NCBI GenBank assembly: GCA_963708075.1
Contig: OY970194.1
Span: 3,744,001-3,808,000 of the forward strand
Direction of reading: 5' to 3'
Origin: Sedimentisphaerales bacterium
GTDB taxonomy: Bacteria; Planctomycetota; Phycisphaerae; Sedimentisphaerales; Anaerobacaceae
Length of the DNA: 64,000 nucleotides
The notes under the pieces were generated by a model. It had not been told where the DNA came from. It saw only the letters and a list, made by a program, of their open reading frames with translations, and did no database searches. A program made the translations under genes and the position numbers. This document shows positions 42,160 to 50,464 of the stretch, piece by piece (positions within the stretch are counted from its first letter, which is position 1; each line of letters begins with the position of its first letter).

Positions 42160-42432
42160 TATTGGGAGAAGGCGAGATGTCATGGATCAACTCATGACCC
42201 TGTAATGCCGCCTTTGAGAAGTTGGATTCCACATTGACAGCTTATCGAACTACGGGTATGGATAAGACATGGCGCCATCATTTGACGACGGGCAACTGAG
42301 GCCATTGGGTTGGAGGTTTGCGTCACGAAAAGTCAACAGCGCAACCCCTGCGTCTTTTCTGACTGCATTCTTGCTGGCGATTGTGCTCCATGATCAGCCA
42401 TTCTTTCATCGCTATGCACAAGGGAATCCTGT

Positions 42433-44215
42433 ATGCCTGAACTGACGAAAGAGAAGAAAGAGAACCCGAACCACCGCAAAGAAACTCACCGGCCTTGAGA
42501 AATGCCCGACCGGCATCCAGGGGCTGGATGAGATCACCGGCGGCGGCCTGCCGCGAGGGCGACCCACGCTCATCTGCGGCGGAGCCGGAAGCGGTAAGAC
42601 GCTCATGGCCATGGAATTCATCGTCCGAGGCGTTCGTGATTATGGCGAACCGGGCGTGTTCATGGCCTTTGAGGAGACCGCCGGCGACCTGACCAAGAAC
42701 GTCGCCTCCCTCGGCTACGATCTTGAGGAGATGACCCGCCGTAAGCAGCTTGCGATCGATTACGTGTACATCGAGCGAAGCGAGATCGAAGAGACCGGTG
42801 AATACGATCTCGAAGGATTGTTCGTCCGCCTGGACACCATGATCAAAGAGGTGGGCGCCAAGCGCGTCGCCATCGATACGCTCGAGGCGCTTTTTGCCAG
42901 TCTGCCCAACGAAGGGATCCTGCGGGCGGAGTTGCGCCGGCTCTTCCGCTGGCTCAAAGACAGGAAAGTCACCGCCATCATCACAGCCGAACAGGGCAAA
43001 GACACGCTGACCCGTCACGGCCTGGAGGAATACGTCAGCGACTGTGTGATCTTCCTGGACCACCGTGTAACGAACCAGATCGCCACGCGGCGGCTGCGAG
43101 TGATCAAATACCGCGGGTCATCTCACGGGACCAACGAATACCCGACCATGATCGACGAGAGCGGCCTGAGCGTCCTGCCCATCAGCTCGCTGGGCATGGA
43201 CTACGGCGTCAGCTCTGAGCGTATCTCCACCGGGATCCACGGACTGGATGAGATGTTCGGCGGCAAAGGCTACTTCCGGGGCAGCAGCGTCCTGGTTTCG
43301 GGCAGTGCGGGCACGGGCAAGACGAGCCTGGCCGCCGCCTTTGTCGGTGCCGCCTGCCGCCGGGGCGAACGCGCCCTCTATCTGGCCTACGAGGAGGCCC
43401 CGGCGCAAATCATGCGCAATATGCGATCGATCGGCTACGACCTGGAACAGTGGGTTCGCAAGGATTTGCTGCGCTTCCACGCCGTGCGGTCCACGCTCTA
43501 CGGCCTGGAGCAGCACCTGGTGACCATCCACAAACAAGTGACCGAGTTCAAGCCTTCCGTCGTCGTCATCGATCCGATCACCAACCTCATGACGATCGGC
43601 GAAGCCGGGGATATCAAGTCCATGCTGACGCGGGTGATCGACTTTCTCAAGAGCAGGGGCGCCACAGCCCTGTTCACCAGCCTCACCGAGAGCAGTGTCT
43701 CGATTGAATCGAGCGAGGTGGGCGTCTCGTCGTTGATGGACACCTGGCTGCTGCTGAGGAATATGGAGATGGGCGCGGAGCGCAACCGCCTGCTGTTCAT
43801 CCTCAAGAGCCGCGGCATGGCGCACTCCAATCAGGTCCGCGAGTTCCTCCTGACGGATAATGGCATCCATCTCAAGGATGTCTATGTCGGCTTGGGCACG
43901 GTACTGACCGGTTCAGCGCGGATGGCGCAGGAGGCGAGGGATAAAATCCAGACCATCGGCGAGCAGCAGACGGTCGCCCGCCGGCGACGGGAGCTGGAGC
44001 AGGAGCAGGCGGTGGCCAGGGCACAGTTGGAGGCGACGCAGCTCAAGAGCGTCGCTCTGGATGAAGAGTTGAAAGCGATTGCGAGTGATGAACAGGCCCG
44101 GCTTGCCACAGCCGCACGCGAGCAGGCAGAATTGGCCCGCGCGCGAGCCGGGAACGTAAACAATATAGAGATGACGAAAAAAGGGAGAAATCGCAATGCC
44201 AACCAGACAAAGTAA
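42433..44215 (+). CDS. kaiC: Circadian clock protein KaiC (double-domain; frameshift near 42448)
   Basis: [34 protein letters not shown] lies in frame upstream of the called ATG 42605. Also [18 protein letters not shown], second Walker [20 protein letters not shown] and [14 protein letters not shown]. An in-frame TGA at 42443 means the likely start is ATG 42433, one base out of frame. Confidence 0.95.
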
Positions 44216-44549
44216 AGTGAAAGCCCCCCGGCGCGGTTCGAGAGCATCCAAGCCACTCGAGTCCTCCGAGCCGTCGGAGCGGTGGGACCTGCGGCTGTAC
44301 GTGGCGGGCCAGACGCCGCGTGCGATCGCGGCATTGGAGAATCTCAAGAGAATCTGCGAAGTGCATCTCGCCGGGCAGTATACCATTGAAGTCGTTGACT
44401 TGCTGAAGAACCCGCAGTTGGCGCGCGGTGACCAGATTCTGGCCGTGCCCACCTTGGTCCGCAAGTTGCCGGAGCCGGTTCGAAAGATTATTGGGGACCT
44501 CTCAAATGAGGAACGCGTCCTTGTGGGCCTGGACCTTCGCCCGCGATAA
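44196..44549 (+). CDS. kaiB: Circadian clock protein KaiB
   Basis: [54 protein letters not shown]. Confidence 0.95.
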   Translation: MPTRQSKVKAPRRGSRASKPLESSEPSERWDLRLYVAGQTPRAIAALENLKRICEVHLAGQYTIEVVDLLKNPQLARGDQILAVPTLVRKLPEPVRKIIGDLSNEERVLVGLDLRPR

Positions 44550-44561
44550 CTGGAGTAATAC

Positions 44562-45044
44562 ATGGCTAAGAAACATACCGAATCTGCGAAAGAGGCCATC
44601 GAGAAGGCAGCGGAAAAGGCCAAGAAGCAAAAATACGTGCTGCGGCTGTATGTGGCGGGCATCACGCCGCGATCGCGGGAAGCGATCCGCACGGTGACCG
44701 CCATCTGCGAGGAGCATCTGCAGGGCCGATATGATCTCGAAGTGATCGATATTTATCAGCAGCCGACGCTGGCCAAAGGCGAGCAGATCGTCGCCGCTCC
44801 GACCCTGATCAAGAAGCTGCCCGTGCCGCTGCGCAAATTTATCGGCAGTATGGCCGACAAGGAAAAGCTCCTCGTCGGCCTGGACCTGAGAACCGAAGGA
44901 GGAATAACCACGGAACCAAATATACCTCCTCATGTCACCCCCGCGCAGGCGGGGGTCCAGGATGCTTTGGTGCACAAGTGGATTCCCGCCTTCGCGGGAA
45001 TGACATGGGGTGGCTGTCGAGCGCGTTCTCACGTGCATCGGTAG
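44562..45044 (+). CDS. kaiB: Second KaiB paralogue (true stop probably TAA at 44905-44907)
   Basis: YVLRLYVAGITPRS..EVIDIYQQP.LA..QIVAAPTLIKKLP..IGSM..LVGLDL. Removing one A near 44891 gives LDLRPKEE*, which matches the paralogue end LDLRPR*. Confidence 0.9.
   Translation: MAKKHTESAKEAIEKAAEKAKKQKYVLRLYVAGITPRSREAIRTVTAICEEHLQGRYDLEVIDIYQQPTLAKGEQIVAAPTLIKKLPVPLRKFIGSMADKEKLLVGLDLRTEGGITTEPNIPPHVTPAQAGVQDALVHKWIPAFAGMTWGGCRARSHVHR
44931..45007. repeat. Paired palindromic element (GTCAYYCCCGCG.AGGCGGG..TCCA type; MITE/REP-like)
   Basis: CATGTCACCCCCGCGCAGGCGGGGGTCCA ... TGGATTCCCGCCTTCGCGGGAATGACATG: two hairpins arranged as inverted termini. Confidence 0.8.
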
Positions 45045-45060
45045 CACCGAAGGTTGAGTC

Positions 45061-48000
45061 ATGAGTAGTGAGAGCAAAGACCATCGCACCAAGGCGCAAC
45101 TGCTGGAGGAGGTCGAGACTCTGCGCCGGCGGCTGGAGGAGGCGGAGCAGACGATCGAGGCGATCCGCCAAGGCGACGTCGATGCACTCGTGGTGGCCGG
45201 TCCGCGCGGCGAGCAGGTCTTCTCCATTACTGGCGCTGAGCACATCTATCGCGTGATCGTCGAGACGATGAACGAGGCGGCCGTGACGGTGGACCCGGAT
45301 GGGACGGTGCTTTTCTGTAATCAGCGGTTCTGCGACCTGATGAAGATGCCGATCCATGAGGTGATCGGCCGAAAGGTGACGGACTTTGCGGCCCGCCCCC
45401 AGCGGCCGTCCTTGCAGGCGATGCTGAGAGATGGGCAGATCGGAGCCATCCAGCGGCGCGTGACGTTGCGGGCGACCGACGGCACGGCCGTGCCCGTCCA
45501 GATTTCCGCCAATCCCCTGCAGATCGACGGTGCCACCAGCATCTGCCTTGTGGCCTCGGACCTGACTGAGCTGGAAGCCTCCGCCAACTCGATCCGTGTC
45601 CTGCGCGAGCACCAGCAGGCCCTGGAGGAGAGCGAGTCGCGTTTCCGGATGATCTTCGAGTCCAGCCAGGACGCCATCGCGATCGCCAATGACGAGGGAA
45701 TCTGCGTGCAGGCCAATCCGGCCGTGCAAGCGATCTTTGGCCTTCCACCGGAACAACTCGTCGGCCGGCGAATCTCAGACGTCATGGACCAGACCCCCGA
45801 TTTCTCGACCCTCTGGCAGACCTTCCTGACCACAGGCACTTTCCACGGGGAACTGCCGTTGACCGGCGCCGATGGACAGACACACTACATCGAAGCGAGT
45901 GCCGTCGCCAACATCCTGCCGGGCCGGCACTTGGCGGTTATCCGCGACACCACCGAGCGCAAACAAGCCCAGGAAGCCCTGCAGTCGGCAAATACGCAAC
46001 TCCAGATCCAGACAGAAGAACTGAAAGCCCAAACCGAAGAGCTGCAGATCGCCAACGAAGAGCTTGGTGCACGAGAGGAGGAGCTGCGGGCCGCTAATGA
46101 GGCCCTGCGCAAAAGCGAGGAGCGCTACCATCGCCTTTTCGAGGACGACCTGACCGGGAATGTCATCAGCACACCCGAGGGGAAGATTCTGCTGTGCAAT
46201 CCGGCGTTCGCCCGGATCTTCGGATTCTCCTCGGCCGACGAAGCTGTTGGCACAAACATCCTGGAACTGTACGTCGATCCGACAGAACGAGAACCGCTCT
46301 TGGAGAGACTGAGGCAACAACGGAAGACCGAGCGTCTTGAGGTCTGGCGGAGACGCCGTGATGGCGAGCCTGTCTACATAGTGGAGAACCTCGTCGGCCA
46401 TTTCAACGAGCGTGGCGAGTTGTACGAGATCAAAGGCTATATCTTCGACGACACCGAGCGCAAGCGGGCGGAGGAGGCGCTCCGGGAGAGCCGGGAACGG
46501 CTGGAGCGGGCGCAAGAGATCGCGCATTTGGGCAGTTGGGAACTGGACCTCGTCAGCAATCGGTTGACCTGGTCCGACGAGGTGTACCGGATCTTCGGCT
46601 TGCAGCCGCAGGAATTCGGCGCAACCTACGAGGCATTTCTCGACCACGTGCACCCGGAGGACCGCGCGGCCGTGGATGCCGCATATTCCGGCTCGCTGCG
46701 AGAGGGACGGGATACCTATGAGATCGAGCATCGCATTGTCAGAAGGTCCACCGGCGAGGTCCGCATCGTCCATGAGAAATGCGAGCACGTCCGCGATGCG
46801 TCCGGCCGGGGCATCCGTTCCGTCGGCATGGTTCACGACATCACTGAGCGCAAGCAGGCGGAAGAGGCACTGCGGATGAGCGAGGAGAAATTCCGCACCT
46901 TGCACGCCCTGTCCCCCATTGCCATCGTACTGAACAGGCTCGACAATGGGCAATTCCTGGAATCCAACCAGGCGCTGTGGGGCATGACCGGTTACACCGA
47001 AGAAGAATTCCGGTCGCTGACTTACTGGGACATTACGCCGATCGACTACAAGGAAATGGAAGCGAAGCAGTTGGAATTGCTTCACACCGTCGGGAGGTAC
47101 GGCCCCTATGAAAAGGAGTATATTCGAAAGGATGGCAGCCGTTTTCCCGTGCTCTTGAGCGGCGTTCGCATCAAAGATCCCAGCGGGACGGATCTGATCT
47201 ACTCCGTCATCCAGGATATTACCGAACTCAAAGCAAAAGAACAGGCCCTGCGAGAATTGAACGCTACGCTGGAGGCGAAGGTGGCGCAGCGAACCGCCGA
47301 ACTGCAGTATCGGGCCAGGCAACTCCAGAAGCTGGCGCTGGAACTGTCGCAGGCAGAGGACCTCGAGCGTAAGCGCATTGCGGAAATCCTGCACGACGAC
47401 CTGCAGCAGATCCTGGCGGCGGCGAAGTTCCATCTGAACTCGTTGCGGAGCCGGGCCAGGTACGATCCATCGATACAGGCCACTGCGGCGCAGATCGACC
47501 ACATGCTCAAAGACGCGATCGACAAATCGCGGGCGCTGTCCCACGAGCTCAGTCCGGCCGTGCTCCATCATGGCGATTTTCGCGATACCCTCGGATGGCT
47601 GGCCGGCCAGATCCAGACCAAGCATGGCCTGATCGTCCGCGTCGATGCCTTCAGCAGAGCCGATGTGCAGTCCGATGCGCTGCGGGCCTTCCTGTACAAG
47701 GCGGCCCAGGAGCTGCTGTTCAATGTGGTCAAGCACGCAAGGGTCAACGAGGCGAGGATTCGCATTCGCCGGTGGGGCCAGTGCATCTGCCTGTCCGTAT
47801 CCGACCGTGGCCGCGGGTTCGACCCGCAGGATCTCAAGGCGACCACGGGATTCGGGCTGTTCAGCATCCGCGAGCGCGTCGAGCTGCTTGGCGGACGGAT
47901 GAAGATCAAGAGCAGCAAGGGCCATGGAAGCACGTTCCATATCGTCGTACCGGACGGCGAACTCATCAAAAAGGCTGCCACCGTCGAGCCGGCCGACCTT

Positions 48001-48408
48001 GCGAAGGAAACGAAGCCTGCCCAAGGCGAAGGGCAGCGCCGCCTGCGCGTGTTGATCGCGGACGATCATGAGATCGTGCGGGAGGGCCTGATCTCGCTGC
48101 TCAGCGATGAACACAGCATCCAGGTGGTCGGGGAGGCTGCCAATGGCCGCGAGGCGGTGGATCTGTCCGACCAGCTCCGGCCGGACGTAGTAATCATGGA
48201 TGTGGCCATGCCCCTGATCGACGGCGATGAGGCCACCCGGCAGATCAAGAGGCATATGCCGGACACGCGGGTGATTGCGTTGTCCATGTACGAGGAACAC
48301 GAAAACGTGGAAAAGATGCTCGCGGCCGGGGCCGAGGCCTACATCCTCAAAACCGCACCGGCCGAGGAACTGCTCGCCGTCATCCGAGGCACGACACCGG
48401 GTGGATAG
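45061..48408 (+). CDS. Hybrid sensor histidine kinase: about 5 PAS domains, HisKA_3/HATPase, C-terminal NarL-type receiver
   Basis: Repeated PAS-PAC ends (DLTE, DTTERK, DDTERK, DITERK, DITELK). ERKRIAEILHDDLQQ, QELLFNVVKHA, DRGRGFD, GFGLFSIRER and RVLIADDH..DVAMP. No TM helix. Confidence 0.92.
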   Translation: MSSESKDHRTKAQLLEEVETLRRRLEEAEQTIEAIRQGDVDALVVAGPRGEQVFSITGAEHIYRVIVETMNEAAVTVDPDGTVLFCNQRFCDLMKMPIHEVIGRKVTDFAARPQRPSLQAMLRDGQIGAIQRRVTLRATDGTAVPVQISANPLQIDGATSICLVASDLTELEASANSIRVLREHQQALEESESRFRMIFESSQDAIAIANDEGICVQANPAVQAIFGLPPEQLVGRRISDVMDQTPDFSTLWQTFLTTGTFHGELPLTGADGQTHYIEASAVANILPGRHLAVIRDTTERKQAQEALQSANTQLQIQTEELKAQTEELQIANEELGAREEELRAANEALRKSEERYHRLFEDDLTGNVISTPEGKILLCNPAFARIFGFSSADEAVGTNILELYVDPTEREPLLERLRQQRKTERLEVWRRRRDGEPVYIVENLVGHFNERGELYEIKGYIFDDTERKRAEEALRESRERLERAQEIAHLGSWELDLVSNRLTWSDEVYRIFGLQPQEFGATYEAFLDHVHPEDRAAVDAAYSGSLREGRDTYEIEHRIVRRSTGEVRIVHEKCEHVRDASGRGIRSVGMVHDITERKQAEEALRMSEEKFRTLHALSPIAIVLNRLDNGQFLESNQALWGMTGYTEEEFRSLTYWDITPIDYKEMEAKQLELLHTVGRYGPYEKEYIRKDGSRFPVLLSGVRIKDPSGTDLIYSVIQDITELKAKEQALRELNATLEAKVAQRTAELQYRARQLQKLALELSQAEDLERKRIAEILHDDLQQILAAAKFHLNSLRSRARYDPSIQATAAQIDHMLKDAIDKSRALSHELSPAVLHHGDFRDTLGWLAGQIQTKHGLIVRVDAFSRADVQSDALRAFLYKAAQELLFNVVKHARVNEARIRIRRWGQCICLSVSDRGRGFDPQDLKATTGFGLFSIRERVELLGGRMKIKSSKGHGSTFHIVVPDGELIKKAATVEPADLAKETKPAQGEGQRRLRVLIADDHEIVREGLISLLSDEHSIQVVGEAANGREAVDLSDQLRPDVVIMDVAMPLIDGDEATRQIKRHMPDTRVIALSMYEEHENVEKMLAAGAEAYILKTAPAEELLAVIRGTTPGG

Positions 48409-48414
48409 GAAATC

Positions 48415-48436
48415 GGTAGGGCAAGCCCCACCCTAC
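48415..48436 (-). repeat. GTAG REP-like family B whose GTAG supplies the response regulator stop
   Basis: GTAGGGTGGGGCTTGCCCTACC, with TAG at 48433-48435. Confidence 0.75.
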
Positions 48437-48870
48437 TCGCCCTGCTCATGACTCTCGGACACGGTAGCCTCGACCTCCACGCCGGGACTGACGTAAATCG
48501 CACCTTCAGCCACGGTTCGAATGGCCTCCAGCAACTCATCGTAGTCGGAGTCTTTGAGCATATAGCCGCGTGCGCCGGCTTTGAACATCTCCGCCACGTA
48601 TTGCTTGTGCTTGTGCATTGAAAGCGCGATGACCTTCATCTCAGGCCACCGGCTGCAAATCCACCGTGTGGCCTCCAGCCCGCTGAGCACCGGCGGCATG
48701 CTGACATCCATAATGATGATATCCGGGTGGAGCTTCTCGACGAGTTCCATGGCTGTAACGCCGTCCTTGGCCTCGCCTACTACTTCCATACCTTCCTGGG
48801 TCCTCAGGAATCTGCTGAGGGCCTCACGAATCAGCTTATGATCATCTGCGAGAAGAATCCGTATAGCCAT
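48433..48870 (-). CDS. Stand-alone NarL-type receiver-domain response regulator (no HTH)
   Basis: RILLADDH, IIMDVSMP, IALSMH and GARGYMLK. Ends about 15 aa after YVSP. Confidence 0.88.
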   Translation of the reverse strand: MAIRILLADDHKLIREALSRFLRTQEGMEVVGEAKDGVTAMELVEKLHPDIIIMDVSMPPVLSGLEATRWICSRWPEMKVIALSMHKHKQYVAEMFKAGARGYMLKDSDYDELLEAIRTVAEGAIYVSPGVEVEATVSESHEQGE

Positions 48871-48890
48871 GCAACTTTTCCTCGGCACCT

Positions 48891-48984
48891 GTTGTTATAG
48901 TTGTTGGTTGCTCGTTGTTGGTTGTCAGTTGGCGTCGCACGAGCAAATAGCCACCAACAACCATCAACCGGCAACCATTAACTA
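48891..48984. repeat. Heptamer tandem repeats in inverted arrangement
   Basis: GTTGTTG/GTTGCTC/GTTGTCA units face CAACAAC/CATCAAC/GGCAAC units, giving a potential long hairpin in the leader of the receiver gene. Confidence 0.6.
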
Positions 48985-49009
48985 TACGACGTAGCCCGCA
49001 AAATGGCAG
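48981..49009 (-). promoter_or_regulatory. Candidate promoter of the receiver gene
   Basis: CTGCCA-17 nt-TATAGT. Confidence 0.4.
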
Positions 49010-49054
49010 CATGGGTATATGCTGATTTCTCGTTTTTCTTGAAGAGGCGGGTTT

Positions 49055-49084
49055 CTACGGGCGGGTTTGAAACCCGCCCCCTGC
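49055..49084 (-). repeat. REP-like family A just downstream of the sugar porter
   Basis: CTACGGGCGGGTTTGAAACCCGCCCCCTGC. Confidence 0.8.
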
Positions 49085-49086
49085 CG

Positions 49087-50460
49087 TCAGCCGGCGCTGA
49101 GCTGCGTCTGCAACTGCTCCAGGGAAACACCCTTCGTTTCGGGCAGGTATTTGAGGACCAGGAAGAACTGCAGAACCATCATGACGGCGAAGATGGAGAA
49201 GGCCAGCGCGCCCGAATGGCGGGCGAGGACCGGGAATGTCCAGCTTACGACAATGCAGAGGCTCCAGATGAGGAAGCAGGTTGCGGCCGAGCCGGAGGCG
49301 CGAATGGCGTTGGGAAGCAGCTCGTTGATGTACACCCACACGATTGCGCCCTGGGAATACGCGTGCGATCCGACGATGCCCATCATGGCCGCAATCACGA
49401 TCCAGCCTTGCGTGTGCGTGTAGAACACCCACGCCGCCAAGACATGCGAGATGACAAATGTCACCGAGCCGACCAGCAGAAGGAACTTGCGTCCGAGGCG
49501 GTCGATCACGGCCATGGCCACGATCGTCATCACCAGGTTGGTCAGACCGACGATCACCGACTGCATCAGGGCGCTGGTCTTGTCCGCTCCGGCCATGCGG
49601 AAGATGTCGGCGGTGTAGTAGATCACCGCGTTGATGCCGTCGAGCTGATTGAATGCCCCGACCATGAACACGATCAACAAGGGCTTGAGGTACTTGCGCT
49701 GGAGCAGGTCGCGATACGCGCCGGCGGGCTCGGAGGTGAGCGACTGCTCGATCTCATCAGCCTCCCGCAGAGGATTCTCGTGGCCGAACCGAGTCAGCAC
49801 GGTCTCGGCCTCAGCGCGTCTTCCTCTCTTGACCAACCAGCGAGGGCTCTCCGGAATCACCATGGAAGCGATGAAGAACGCCACGCAGGGAATTGCCTCC
49901 AGGCCGAACATCCATCGCCAGCCGGCAGGATGCTCCGCGCCCAGGAAATAGGACACGAGGTAATTGGAGAAATAGGCCATCAGGATGCCTACCACGATGT
50001 TCAATTGACTCACCGCCACCAGCAGGCCACGACGACGAGCCGGCGCAATCTCCGTGATATACACGGGCGAAACGACGGATGTCCCCCCTACCGCCACACC
50101 ACCGATCCAGCGGAAGAACAGCAGCGAATACCAGTCCCACGCAAAAGCGCAGCCCACGGCGGACACGAAGAACAAGACCGCCAGGACGGTAAGCACCGGT
50201 CGCCGGCCCCACCAGTCGGAGGGCCGACCCACCAGCAGAGCGCCGAACAATGTCCCGAACAGCGCACTGGAAACCGTGAAGCCCAGGAGATTATCACTGA
50301 GCGAATAGACTCCCCGCAGAGCCTCTGTCGTGCCGGAGATCACCGCGGTATCGAACCCGAACAGAAACGACCCTAATGCCGCGGCAATCGCGCTGGTCAA
50401 AAGCACCGTGCCGCCACGGCCTTCCGCCGCCCGGCTTTGACTGATGGGATATGTATCCAT
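49087..50460 (-). CDS. Sugar porter family MFS transporter
   Basis: FLFGFDTAVISG, DWWGRR, YITEIAP..RG, PESPRWL, QLDGINAVIYY, DRLGRK and PETKG. Confidence 0.93.
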   Translation of the reverse strand: MDTYPISQSRAAEGRGGTVLLTSAIAAALGSFLFGFDTAVISGTTEALRGVYSLSDNLLGFTVSSALFGTLFGALLVGRPSDWWGRRPVLTVLAVLFFVSAVGCAFAWDWYSLLFFRWIGGVAVGGTSVVSPVYITEIAPARRRGLLVAVSQLNIVVGILMAYFSNYLVSYFLGAEHPAGWRWMFGLEAIPCVAFFIASMVIPESPRWLVKRGRRAEAETVLTRFGHENPLREADEIEQSLTSEPAGAYRDLLQRKYLKPLLIVFMVGAFNQLDGINAVIYYTADIFRMAGADKTSALMQSVIVGLTNLVMTIVAMAVIDRLGRKFLLLVGSVTFVISHVLAAWVFYTHTQGWIVIAAMMGIVGSHAYSQGAIVWVYINELLPNAIRASGSAATCFLIWSLCIVVSWTFPVLARHSGALAFSIFAVMMVLQFFLVLKYLPETKGVSLEQLQTQLSAG

Positions 50461-50464
50461 GCTT

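Noticed and set aside
42280..42360. c-di-GMP or other riboswitch in the kaiC leader
   Set aside because: GGGCAAC and GAAA fragments are present but I could not build the consensus stems. An Rfam scan is needed.
45061..47240. LOV photoreceptor domain in the kinase
   Set aside because: No GxNCRFLQ motif in any of the PAS domains.
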